Assembly (NCBI GenBank): GCA_027297435.1
Contig: JAPUIA010000158.1
Span: 13,427-77,426, forward strand
DNA: 64,000 nt
Source: Gammaproteobacteria bacterium
GTDB lineage: Bacteria > Pseudomonadota > Gammaproteobacteria > Pseudomonadales > Azotimanducaceae
Direction of reading: 5' to 3'
Made by a program: the position numbers and the translations under genes. Shown here piece after piece: positions 35,551 to 45,131 of this stretch (positions within the stretch are counted from its first letter, which is position 1; each line of letters starts with the position of its first letter). The notes below the pieces were generated by a model. The model saw only the letters and a program-made list of their open reading frames with translations, was not told the DNA's origin and did not search any database.

Positions 35551-36942
35551 CGAGGCCACACGCTCGACGGGGTCGTTCGGATCCATGAACTGATTGAGCT
35601 CGATCAGATCTTCGTCGATCAAACTGCCGGACCTCTGCTTCAGCAGCATCAGGTCGATGACGTAGTTGTAACGTGAGTCGGCGTAGTCGAACTCGGATGA
35701 AATCAAACGCTGGATGGCTTCCAACACATCGACGATGTTGCGGGTACCGACCTCGTAGCCGGTTTGCGTGGCTTCCAGCGCCGATCTGCTGGAGATGATG
35801 GCCTTGTCGCGGGCTTGCACCCGCACCACGTCCGTCGATACCGCTTGAAACAGATTACGCGTATCACGACTGACGGTGAGCTGTTGGTTGCGGAGATCTT
35901 GGCGCGCCTGCTCCACCAACGCACGCGCCTCCTTGGCTTGCGAGTGGGTGAAACCGCCCTGATAGATCGGCAAGTTGATACCGATTGAGTAAACGGTCGA
36001 ATCGGTCTTGCCGCCCAAGAAGTTGGAACCACCGGTCACGAAGTGGCTACGCGAAATGGACGCATCGATCGTGGGCAGGTGCCCGGAACGCCGTGCCGCC
36101 AGGGTCCGCTTGGCGGCTTCGAGTTGCGACCGCGCGGCGAGGATGTTGTAGTTGGTGGCGAGCGCCGTGGTTACCCACTCCTCTTCGTTCAGCGGCTCCG
36201 GCAGCGCGATGGGAAAACTTTCCGATAGCCGGTCGAGACTCGTGTAGTGGATGTCGCTGAGCGTCGAGAGGGTTTCGAAAAAGATGTCGTGGTCGCCGTC
36301 TGCCTGGATGCGCAATACGACCGCATTGTCATGGGCGGCCGTCGCCTCCAATACGTCTGTGATGGCGACCAAGCCGACGTCGAAACGTTGTTGAACCTGT
36401 TCCAGCTGGGTTGCGACCGCTTCTTCCTGAGCCACGGTTGCGTCCAACAAGTCCTGGGCACGCAGCACGTTCAAGTAGGCTTCGATCACGCGCACGATCA
36501 AGGTCTGATCGGTGGCGTCGAGGAGCGCACCGGCTGCCTTGACGGTTGCTTTGGCGCTACGCCATTGATACCAGTTGTTCAGGTTGACGATGGGTTGGTT
36601 GAGGCGCGCTTGCCAAACGTGGCTGTTGAATTCTTGATCCGGTATGTCAAAGAACTGTCCGAAAGTCGGGCTGGTAGGATCAGTATCCTGGATGGGCGGT
36701 ATCGGGAAGCTGCGTTCGTTCCAGTCGCTCGAACCACCCACGGTGATGTTCGGTAGAAGCCCCGCTCGCGCCTGAGGCACCAGTTGCTTGCGCGCTTCAT
36801 AACCGGCTACGGCGGCACCGAGGACCGGGTCGTTTTCGAGGGCGTCGGCGTATACCTCGGCAAGATCGGTTGCAAACGTTGGCGCGGCGATCAAGCAAGG
36901 CAAGGCCAATATCAAGGAAAATCTGGTGAAGGGGGTGAACAT
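35515..36942 (-). CDS. tolC: TolC-family outer membrane channel
   Basis: ATG 36942 with signal peptide MFTPFTRFSLILALPCLIAAPTFA. DLAEVYADALENDP and two OEP repeats. Divergent from yqiB-cpdA-parE, as in E. coli. Confidence 0.88.
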   Translation of the reverse strand: MFTPFTRFSLILALPCLIAAPTFATDLAEVYADALENDPVLGAAVAGYEARKQLVPQARAGLLPNITVGGSSDWNERSFPIPPIQDTDPTSPTFGQFFDIPDQEFNSHVWQARLNQPIVNLNNWYQWRSAKATVKAAGALLDATDQTLIVRVIEAYLNVLRAQDLLDATVAQEEAVATQLEQVQQRFDVGLVAITDVLEATAAHDNAVVLRIQADGDHDIFFETLSTLSDIHYTSLDRLSESFPIALPEPLNEEEWVTTALATNYNILAARSQLEAAKRTLAARRSGHLPTIDASISRSHFVTGGSNFLGGKTDSTVYSIGINLPIYQGGFTHSQAKEARALVEQARQDLRNQQLTVSRDTRNLFQAVSTDVVRVQARDKAIISSRSALEATQTGYEVGTRNIVDVLEAIQRLISSEFDYADSRYNYVIDLMLLKQRSGSLIDEDLIELNQFMDPNDPVERVASLRNRSTNLVPQ

Positions 36943-37047
36943 CGCGTAACTACAATCAAAAGACATAGGAAAAACCAGTGTACCAGGTTGTAAATGTGAA
37001 AGTCGTAGCGTCCGATGAAATGGTTTTGGTTATAGTTAGTGCTTGTC

Positions 37048-37066
37048 CAGAATGTGTAGCATTCTG
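37048..37066. promoter_or_regulatory. palindrome in the tolC / yqiB divergent promoter region
   Basis: CAGAATG-tgtag-CATTCTG, with perfect 7-bp arms, about 105 bp upstream of the tolC start. The binding factor is unknown. Confidence 0.3.
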
Positions 37067-37232
37067 AGACCGCACGGGAGGGCAGGTATGCCGACCCTAA
37101 TGCGTAAGTAAAGATGCGGGGTTTTCGAAGGAAGCGAATTTTCGGACAGGAACTGGTTCCCGATGTTGGGCAGTGACGCTAGGAGCCGACCTCGGTATAT
37201 TGGACAATAGGGCTTTGGTTTAAGCATTGCGA

Positions 37233-37688
37233 ATGAAGCGCAAACGAAAACGTTACAGCATAGATTTGCCGGCGCACATGGCCGAGTGCGACGCAAACTA
37301 TCTACGCATCATGAAACTGTTTCCGAGTCTACGCGAAAAAGACATCAGTCTTTTCGGCGTGATGATCGCCGGTGAAGCCGCAGAAGTTTCCATCGAGGTG
37401 CTGGAGAGAAATCCCTACACGACCTCGATCCAACTAACCCAACTTCCCGAGGCGCCCTGGGGGGCCAACCCGACGATTCGGGTGAGGATCTATCACGATG
37501 CTCGCAGTGCGGAGGTTGTCGAGTACCAACGCGCGCGCCACTTCAAAGCGGTGTATGCGTATCCTAACGACTCGATGCGCCAGCGTGACGAGAAGGTGCA
37601 AGTCAATCGATTGCTTGGCGAGTTTCTTTCCTATTGTCTGACGCATGGTGTAGCGGTCCATGAACGGGTGTTAGTCACCCAACAGTGA
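37233..37688 (+). CDS. DUF1249 (YqiB-like) protein
   Basis: ATG 37233; the ORF opens at TTG 37227. CDANYLRIMKLFP is the conserved DUF1249 N-terminus. Position between tolC and cpdA matches E. coli yqiB. Confidence 0.7.
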   Translation: MKRKRKRYSIDLPAHMAECDANYLRIMKLFPSLREKDISLFGVMIAGEAAEVSIEVLERNPYTTSIQLTQLPEAPWGANPTIRVRIYHDARSAEVVEYQRARHFKAVYAYPNDSMRQRDEKVQVNRLLGEFLSYCLTHGVAVHERVLVTQQ

Positions 37689-38473
37689 GCGACGCCCGCG
37701 CTACGGTTTCTGTTCTTCAAATCACCGATCTGCATCTGTTGGGCAATGTCGAGAGACGGCTCATCGGCGTGGATACCACTGCAAGCCTCGAAGCGGTGCT
37801 CACCCAAGCGTTGACCGAGCGCCGGCCCGATCTGTTGCTGGTCACGGGAGACATCGCTCACGAGCCGACGTTACGCACCTACCGGAAGGTACGTGAACTG
37901 CTCGGCGGCTTCTACGACGGTCCCATGCTCTGCTTGCCCGGCAATCATGACGTGTTGGCACCGATGCTTGCGGCGGGACTACCGACTGAGGCAGTCGAAC
38001 TTGGCGGGTGGTGGATTACCGGCTGGGATACGCACCAAGACGACCGACCGGCGGCATGCCTCAACGAGACACCATGGCGTCAGCTCCTGAGCTCGTTGCA
38101 AAAGGCGGGCGACCAACACGTATTGATCGCGACTCACCATCCCCTTGTCGACGTGGGGTGCCCCTGGCTGGACAAAGACCGACTTACAAATGCCACGGAG
38201 CTGTTAGAATGCCTGTCCGAACATTCTTCAGTGAAATCTCTGGTGTTCGGTCATGTCCATCAGACAGTCGACGCGCACTTCCGGCACATTCGATTGCTCG
38301 GCACACCTTCGACGTGCTTTCAGTTCGAACCCGCCTCACTTGCGTTCGGCATCGACGACGCCGCACCCGGATATCGCTGGTTGCAATTACATGCCGATGG
38401 CGGTCTGACGACCGAGGTGGGTAGGGCCGCAGATTTTGAACTGAACGTCGATCTCTCACAAAGGCATAAATAA
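37685..38473 (+). CDS. cpdA: 3',5'-cyclic-nucleotide phosphodiesterase
   Basis: GTG 37685 overlaps the upstream stop (GTGA). Metallophosphoesterase motifs ITDLHL, VTGDIAH, LPGNHD, ATHHP and GHVH. Confidence 0.85.
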   Translation: MSDARATVSVLQITDLHLLGNVERRLIGVDTTASLEAVLTQALTERRPDLLLVTGDIAHEPTLRTYRKVRELLGGFYDGPMLCLPGNHDVLAPMLAAGLPTEAVELGGWWITGWDTHQDDRPAACLNETPWRQLLSSLQKAGDQHVLIATHHPLVDVGCPWLDKDRLTNATELLECLSEHSSVKSLVFGHVHQTVDAHFRHIRLLGTPSTCFQFEPASLAFGIDDAAPGYRWLQLHADGGLTTEVGRAADFELNVDLSQRHK

Positions 38474-38483
38474 TTCCCCCCTC

Positions 38484-40433
38484 ATGTCAGCAAAGAAGCC
38501 AGAACAGAAATCAAAAAAAAAGCAGTCGGAAAAAAAGCCAGCGAAGTACACGGCGGAATCGCTGCAGGTGTTGTCTGGGCTGGAGCCTGTTCGACGGCGT
38601 CCGGGCATGTATACCGACACCAGCCGACCCAATCATCTCGTCCAGGAGGTGGTGGACAACAGTGTCGATGAGGCGTTGGCAGGTTTCGCACGCACGATCG
38701 AGGTGACGTTGCTGAAAGACGGTTCGGTGGAGGTCATCGATGACGGTCGCGGTATGCCGGTAGATGACCACCCGCAACACAAGATCACCGGCGTAGAGCT
38801 CATTCTGACGAAGCTCCATTCGGGAGCCAAATTCGATAATGAGAACTACCAATACGCGGGTGGGTTGCACGGGGTTGGTGTGTCGGTCGTCAACGCGTTG
38901 TCCGAGTGGTTGGAGGTTGAGGTCAGACGCGACGGTAAGCTGTACCGGCAGAAATACAAAAAAGGCAAGCCGACGGGCAAGTTGCGAGCAGTCGGTACCG
39001 TAGGCAAGCGCAACGCCGGTACTCGCGTACATTTCATGCCAGATGCGAGCTACTTTGATGCGCCGAACATCGCTCCGGCGAAGTTGAAGCATCTGCTGCG
39101 AGCGAAAGCGGTCTTGTGTCCGGGGCTCAAGGTTACGCTCACGATCGAGGGTAAGAAAAAAGAGTCGGAAAGCTGGTTGTACGAAGACGGCCTCGTCGGT
39201 TACCTCAACGACGCGCTGAACGGCGCGGATTCTATCCCGTCGGAACCCTTCACCCACAGCGCTGAGGGTAACCAAGAGGGTGTCGATTGGGCACTGAAGT
39301 GGGTGATCGATGGCGGAGAACTGGTTACCGAGGCGTATGTCAATCTGATACCGACTCCTCAAGGCGGCACGCATGTCAGCGGACTGCGCAGCGGCCTCGT
39401 TGAAGCCTTGAAAGAATTCTGTGAGTTTCGCGATCTCCTGCCGCGAGGCGTGAAGTTGACGGGAGACGATTTGTGGGATCAGTGCAGCTACGTGTTGTCT
39501 GCGAAGCTGGCCGACCCACAATTTTCTGGCCAAACCAAGGAACGCTTGTCGTCGCGTAACTCCTCCGTGTTCATCGGCGGCGTAGCGAAAGACGCCTTCA
39601 GCCTATGGTTGAACGAACATCCCCAAGAAGGCGAGGCGATTGCCGAGCTCGTCATCGCGAATGCCCAACGACGTGTGCAGGCGTCGAAAAAAGTGGCGCG
39701 CAAAAAGATCACCGCCGGACCGGCGCTGCCTGGCAAGCTTGCCGATTGCTCCGGTCAGGATGCGGAGCGAGCTGAACTGTTCTTGGTCGAAGGCGACTCT
39801 GCGGGCGGATCGGCGAAGCAGGCCCGCGACCGTGAGTTTCAAGCCGTCATGCCGCTTCGCGGCAAGATCTTGAATACTTGGGAGGTCGATGTGAGCCAAG
39901 TGTTGGGCTCCCAAGAAGTGCACGACATCGCGCTGGCCATGGGCGTCGATCCAGGGTCGAGCGACCTGTCGGGGTTGCGCTACAACAAGATTTGCGTACT
40001 CGCTGACGCGGACTCCGACGGGGCACACATCGCTACGCTGCTTTGCGCATTGTTCTTGCGTCACTTTCGGCCCCTCGTCGAAGCGGGTCACGTGTGTATC
40101 GCGATGCCGCCCCTGTACCGGGTCGACGTGGGTAAGGAGGTGTTCTACGCACTCGATGAAGCCGAAAAGGAAGGTGTACTCGATCGAATTGCGGCTGAAA
40201 AGAAGCGCGGTACCGTGCTCGTGCAACGTTTCAAGGGGCTCGGTGAGATGAACCCCATGCAGTTGCGAGAAACCACGATGGACCCTGAGACTCGTCGAAT
40301 GGTGCAGTTGACCCTCGACTCGCCGAAAAAAACCGACGAAATGATGGACATGTTGCTCGCGAAGAAACGTGCCGCCGATCGGCGCGACTGGTTGGAAGCC
40401 AAGGGTCACGAAGCAGGCATCGCCCCAAAATAG
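38484..40433 (+). CDS. parE: DNA topoisomerase IV subunit B
   Basis: LEPVRRRPGMYTDT, VVDNSVDEA (GHKL), Toprim LFLVEGDSAGGSAKQARDR and LADADSDGAHI. About 650 aa, without the GyrB insertion, and followed by parC. Confidence 0.95.
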   Translation: MSAKKPEQKSKKKQSEKKPAKYTAESLQVLSGLEPVRRRPGMYTDTSRPNHLVQEVVDNSVDEALAGFARTIEVTLLKDGSVEVIDDGRGMPVDDHPQHKITGVELILTKLHSGAKFDNENYQYAGGLHGVGVSVVNALSEWLEVEVRRDGKLYRQKYKKGKPTGKLRAVGTVGKRNAGTRVHFMPDASYFDAPNIAPAKLKHLLRAKAVLCPGLKVTLTIEGKKKESESWLYEDGLVGYLNDALNGADSIPSEPFTHSAEGNQEGVDWALKWVIDGGELVTEAYVNLIPTPQGGTHVSGLRSGLVEALKEFCEFRDLLPRGVKLTGDDLWDQCSYVLSAKLADPQFSGQTKERLSSRNSSVFIGGVAKDAFSLWLNEHPQEGEAIAELVIANAQRRVQASKKVARKKITAGPALPGKLADCSGQDAERAELFLVEGDSAGGSAKQARDREFQAVMPLRGKILNTWEVDVSQVLGSQEVHDIALAMGVDPGSSDLSGLRYNKICVLADADSDGAHIATLLCALFLRHFRPLVEAGHVCIAMPPLYRVDVGKEVFYALDEAEKEGVLDRIAAEKKRGTVLVQRFKGLGEMNPMQLRETTMDPETRRMVQLTLDSPKKTDEMMDMLLAKKRAADRRDWLEAKGHEAGIAPK

Positions 40434-40448
40434 ATCTGAGAGAGCTCG

Positions 40449-42695
40449 ATGGCCATTGAAACGAGTGAGATAGAAACCCTACCGCTGCGTACGTACACCG
40501 AGAGAGCGTACCTAGACTACGCGATGTACGTCATAAACGATCGCGCGCTGCCGCATATTGCCGATGGCTTGAAGCCAGTACAACGACGCATTATTTACGC
40601 GATGCGCGAACTGGGACTCGACAGCACTGCCAAATTTGCCAAATCAGCGCGCACCGTCGGCGACGTGTTAGGAAAATTCCACCCGCACGGTGATAGTGCC
40701 TGCTACGAAGCCATGGTGCTCATGGCGCAGCCGTTTTCGTTCCGCTACCCATTGATAGAAGGACAAGGTAACTGGGGTGCGCCGGACGATCCGAAGTCGT
40801 TTGCTGCGATGCGTTACACCGAAGCACGTCTGTCGAAATATGCTGAGTTGTTGCTGTCTGAAGCGCGGCAGGGAACGGTCGATTTTGTCCCCAACTTCGA
40901 CGGATCTTTGGACGAACCAGTACGACTGCCGGCCCGGGTACCGATGTTGCTGTTGAATGGCGGTACGGGTATCGCCGTGGGTATGGCGACGGATATTCCG
41001 CCGCACAACATGAACGAAGTCGTTAGCGCTTGCATACATTTGCTCGAGCGTCCGCGGGCAACGCTCGGCGACATCATGACGCATATCTTGGGTCCGGACT
41101 TTCCATCGCAAGCAACCATCGTCACGCCGCGCGCCGAGATTCGCGAGGTTTATGAATCCGGCCGTGGCAGCATCAAGGCACGGGCCTTGTACACCAAAGA
41201 CAACGGCGAGATCGTCGTCACGGCTCTGCCCTATCAGGTATCTCCGAGCAAGATACTGGAGCAGATCGCCCAACAAATGCACAACAAGAAGTTGCCGATG
41301 CTGTCGGATCTCAGGGACGAATCGGATCATGAAAATCCCACGCGTTTGGTACTGGTGCCTCGATCCAACCGCGTGGATTGCGACCGTTTGATGAGTCATT
41401 TGTTTGCAACGACCGATCTCGAGCGCAGCTATCGCGTGAACTTGAATGTCATTGGCCTCGACCAACGGCCCAAGGTCAAACCCTTGGTCGCGATACTGAA
41501 AGAGTGGCTGACCTCGCGGCAGCGGGTGGTGACCCGAAGGCTGAGGTTTCGCCTCGACAAGATCAACGAACGGCTCCACCTACTCGATGGTCTGCTGACC
41601 GCGTATCGAAATCTCGATGCGGTGATCAAGATCGTTCGAGAGGAGGACCAACCCAAAAAGAGATTGATGCGGCGTTTCAAGCTGAGCGAGCTGCAAGCCA
41701 ACTCCATCTTAGAACTGCGCTTGAGGCAACTTGCCAAGCTTGAAGAAGACAAGCTCAGGGAAGAAAAGCAGGCGCTGGACGGCGAGAAGATCAAGCTCGA
41801 GAAGATCCTGAAGTCCAAAGCACGCCTCAAGACCTTGATCAAAAAGGAATTACTCGCTGACGCGAAAACCTATGGGGATGCGCGTCGTTCGCCCTTTGGC
41901 GAGGTGGATGTCGCGTCGGCCTACAGTGACGAAGATTTGATACCCAATGAGCCGATCACCGTAGTGCTCTCGGAAAAGGGCTGGGTACGCTCGGCCAAAG
42001 GTCACGAGACAGACCCTGAGGACCTCAACTACCGGAGTGGCGATCGCTGTGGGCATTCGACCCGTGGCCGCACGAGTGATGTACTCATCTTCGTCGACTC
42101 GGTTGGACGTACCTACAACTTGGCACCGGTCAGCCTGCCATCGGCGCGCAGCCAAGGAGAACCACTGACGGGCCGTCTAAAGCCGCCGGCGGGGGCCCGC
42201 TTTGTCGGAGTTGTCTTGGGCGATGCAACCTCCAAGGTGTTGCTGTCCTCCGATGCGGGCTACGGGTTCATCGGCACGCTTGGAGACATGGTGACGAAAA
42301 ACAAAGCCGGCAAGACCTGCCTGAGTGTGCCCAAGGGCGGCTCGGCGTTGGCGCCCGTTCCGGTGGATCTCAAGCGGCAGCAGTATGTTGCCGTCGTTAC
42401 CAATCAGGGCCGAATGTTGGTGTTCCCTCTGTCGGAGGTGCCGGAGCTGGCGCGCGGCAAAGGCAACAAGCTCATCAACGTACCGACCGCTGCCTTCAAG
42501 GCTCGAGAGGAGTTCGTCATTGCTGTCGGCGTAATCACGAAAAGCGACGATCTCGTTATCTTTGCGGGTCAGCGCCATCTCAGGATCAAATTCAAGGATC
42601 TTGACAACTACCTTGGTGAACGGGCTCGGCGCGGGCGCAAGCTGCCTCGCGGTTTTCAAAAAGTCGATGCGCTAGTCGTCGAAGGTGGCGATTAG
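40449..42695 (+). CDS. parC: DNA topoisomerase IV subunit A
   Basis: [19 protein letters not shown] and the active-site Tyr region [10 protein letters not shown]. 748 aa. Confidence 0.95.
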   Translation: MAIETSEIETLPLRTYTERAYLDYAMYVINDRALPHIADGLKPVQRRIIYAMRELGLDSTAKFAKSARTVGDVLGKFHPHGDSACYEAMVLMAQPFSFRYPLIEGQGNWGAPDDPKSFAAMRYTEARLSKYAELLLSEARQGTVDFVPNFDGSLDEPVRLPARVPMLLLNGGTGIAVGMATDIPPHNMNEVVSACIHLLERPRATLGDIMTHILGPDFPSQATIVTPRAEIREVYESGRGSIKARALYTKDNGEIVVTALPYQVSPSKILEQIAQQMHNKKLPMLSDLRDESDHENPTRLVLVPRSNRVDCDRLMSHLFATTDLERSYRVNLNVIGLDQRPKVKPLVAILKEWLTSRQRVVTRRLRFRLDKINERLHLLDGLLTAYRNLDAVIKIVREEDQPKKRLMRRFKLSELQANSILELRLRQLAKLEEDKLREEKQALDGEKIKLEKILKSKARLKTLIKKELLADAKTYGDARRSPFGEVDVASAYSDEDLIPNEPITVVLSEKGWVRSAKGHETDPEDLNYRSGDRCGHSTRGRTSDVLIFVDSVGRTYNLAPVSLPSARSQGEPLTGRLKPPAGARFVGVVLGDATSKVLLSSDAGYGFIGTLGDMVTKNKAGKTCLSVPKGGSALAPVPVDLKRQQYVAVVTNQGRMLVFPLSEVPELARGKGNKLINVPTAAFKAREEFVIAVGVITKSDDLVIFAGQRHLRIKFKDLDNYLGERARRGRKLPRGFQKVDALVVEGGD

Positions 42696-43781
42696 GCGAC
42701 GGGTTTGATTGGCGATCAATGCTCTATGGGTTTGTCCAAGGCCCGTGATGAGGCAACACTGTCGACCGGTCGTGGTCAGATCTTCCAACATTGCGTGCTG
42801 CAAGAGTTCTGCCGTGACCCTCTCGGGTCGTGGGATATCGGCAAAAAACGACTCGCTTGCAACCAGCGTGTTCGATTTGCCCAGCGCGGCCAACAACGTG
42901 GTGTCTTCCAATACGGCAACGTGGTCCGTCGGGTCTTCGTCATCATGCATCTCCAGGCTGTGTAGACCAAACCGGTACTCTCCTTGTGCCAGGGCTTCGG
43001 CCAGGCAGTTTGCCAACAGGAACGCCGCACATATCACCTCGAAGGGGCGATCGTCGCTGTTAGCGGGCTGGAAGTCCATCAACAACCCCTTACCCGGCAC
43101 CAGGCGGCTGCGCGCTTGATATATCTCGCCAACTTGCTGCGCGAGCCCAAGGCTTGCGTTCATGACATGCTGACGATCTGCCGGGGCGATGCTCAGCTGA
43201 TTGTGTAAATTTGCGACCAGAAGGTAGTGAACGGAAGGCTGCCGGGTCTCGGTTTGTATGGCTTCGACTGTGACGCCGACGATGGGCTTGCGAACCGGTC
43301 GTCGACTGTATGCGAATGCGGCGACCATGAAAGGAATGACGACGAGCAGCAGCAGGCTCGCGAATCGCCGGCCCCAGTCGGGTTGTGGGTTGCCCATACC
43401 GGGGTGGAGCGTAACGCGAGCGAATCCGATGACCGTATCGTCCAAAATGATGGGATGGCTGAAATGATCACCATCGATAAGTTTGCCGCTCAATGCGAGC
43501 ATTGCATCGTCTACCGTGTAGATCGCCGCGCCGCCTACCATTTCGATGTCGGTAAGGCGATTGGCGAGGACGCCAAGATGCAGTAGATCCTGTTCTAGGA
43601 GCGCATCGATACTTGATTGGGCCAGGGTCGCGGCGAGACTTTCCCCCAAGATTGCTTGACGCGTTTGCCAACCCGAGTCGTCGCGCCAAAGCGCCGCCAG
43701 CGCAACGGCGGTGAGCAAGGTCGCCGCCAAGGCCACGACCAGCTCGTATTTGACGAGTTTCAACCAAGACGATAGCGTCAA
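42672..43781 (-). CDS. AhpA/YtjB(Smp)-like membrane protein with a C-terminal cyclase-like extension
   Basis: The N-terminal ~165 aa has the YtjB architecture: TM helix, [14 protein letters not shown]...[15 protein letters not shown]...[10 protein letters not shown], second TM helix. It is divergent from serB, like E. coli ytjB. The C-terminal ~200 aa is discussed in findings. Confidence 0.55.
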   Translation of the reverse strand: MTLSSWLKLVKYELVVALAATLLTAVALAALWRDDSGWQTRQAILGESLAATLAQSSIDALLEQDLLHLGVLANRLTDIEMVGGAAIYTVDDAMLALSGKLIDGDHFSHPIILDDTVIGFARVTLHPGMGNPQPDWGRRFASLLLLVVIPFMVAAFAYSRRPVRKPIVGVTVEAIQTETRQPSVHYLLVANLHNQLSIAPADRQHVMNASLGLAQQVGEIYQARSRLVPGKGLLMDFQPANSDDRPFEVICAAFLLANCLAEALAQGEYRFGLHSLEMHDDEDPTDHVAVLEDTTLLAALGKSNTLVASESFFADIPRPERVTAELLQHAMLEDLTTTGRQCCLITGLGQTHRALIANQTRRLIATFDD

Positions 43782-43808
43782 ATTCGAAGGTCTCCCGATT
43801 TACCCCGC

Positions 43809-45131
43809 ATGCATTCGGAGGAGGATGAGCATTTGCCCAGCGAGATCGTATTGGTAACGGTTTCTGGAGAGGACAAGCCAGGCTTGATGGCCATGTTGAC
43901 ATCCACGTTGGCGAGTTATCAAGCACAGGTTTTGGATATCGGCCAGGCTGTTATCCATGAAGAGCTGGCGCTCGGGTTGTTGGTGCGGATACCCAGCCAG
44001 GATGACGTTGCGCTCATCCAACAGGCGCTGGCGGCGCTGGCAACCGAAGTCGGGTCGAACGTGCGGTTCACGAAAGTCTCAAAGGCACGGTATCGCGACT
44101 GGGCGAACAGCTCCGGCGAACCGCGCTATATCATCACGCTCCTGACCCGCGGGCACGCGAGCGAAGCGTTGCATGCGGTGAGCACCATCACGCATCGACA
44201 CGGGCTCAACATCGACACCGTGCGGCGCCTGTCTGGGCGCGTCCCACTCGCCAACACGGTCACCGATGAGAAGATCTGCTTGGAGTTGCGCGTGCGCGCG
44301 TCTCGGGCGCACCGCGGCGTCTCCGGCGCACCAGAGAAGCTCAACGCCGAACTCATGGAGGCCTCCGCGGAGCTGGCGTTTGATTTCAGCGTGCATGAGG
44401 ACGACGTGTTTCGTCGTAATCGGCGTTTGGTCGCCTTTGACATGGACTCGACCCTGATCGACGCGGAAGTCATGGACGAACTGGCTGCGCGGCACGGCGT
44501 GGGTGAAGCGGTGAGCGCGATCACCGCGCGCGCGATGTGTGGCGAGCTGGATTTTCAGACGAGCTTTCGTGCTCGTGCCGAGCTGCTGAAAGGCATGCCG
44601 GTGGAGATTCTGGAGGATGTCGCCGAGTGCGTGGAGCTGAATGAGGGGGCTGATCGTCTGATTCGGGCACTCAGGCACTTTGGCTACCGCACCGCGATCA
44701 TCTCCGGCGGTTTTCAGTATGTTGGTGAGCGGTTGCAGAATCGATTGGGCATAGACTATGTATTTGCCAACGAATTGGTGGTCGAGAACGGGCGCATGAC
44801 CGGAGAGGTTGCGGGCGAGATTGTCGATGCCGAGCGGAAGGCCGAGCTGTTGAAAAACATAGCCGACAGCGAGGGGATGCTGCTCGAGCAGACCATCGCC
44901 ATTGGTGATGGCGCCAATGATCTACCGATGTTGAGCGCGGCGGGTCTGGGCGTTGCCTATCACGCCAAACCTTTGGTCAAGCAGACCGCGAACCACTCGA
45001 TCTCGAACTTCGGGCTGGATTCGGTGTTGTACCTAATGGGATTCAGCGATCGGGATATCGAGCAGGCGCTCAGGGTGCCTTTCAGTCGGCCTGGTCCCGG
45101 TGATCAGCCGTCTTCGGTGCTGAAGTCGTAG
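43809..45131 (+). CDS. serB: phosphoserine phosphatase with N-terminal ACT-like repeats
   Basis: HAD motifs LVAFDMDSTLI (DxDST) and GDGANDLPML. Two N-terminal ACT-like segments (VLVTVSGEDKPGLMA; YIITLLTRG). Confidence 0.9.
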   Translation: MHSEEDEHLPSEIVLVTVSGEDKPGLMAMLTSTLASYQAQVLDIGQAVIHEELALGLLVRIPSQDDVALIQQALAALATEVGSNVRFTKVSKARYRDWANSSGEPRYIITLLTRGHASEALHAVSTITHRHGLNIDTVRRLSGRVPLANTVTDEKICLELRVRASRAHRGVSGAPEKLNAELMEASAELAFDFSVHEDDVFRRNRRLVAFDMDSTLIDAEVMDELAARHGVGEAVSAITARAMCGELDFQTSFRARAELLKGMPVEILEDVAECVELNEGADRLIRALRHFGYRTAIISGGFQYVGERLQNRLGIDYVFANELVVENGRMTGEVAGEIVDAERKAELLKNIADSEGMLLEQTIAIGDGANDLPMLSAAGLGVAYHAKPLVKQTANHSISNFGLDSVLYLMGFSDRDIEQALRVPFSRPGPGDQPSSVLKS

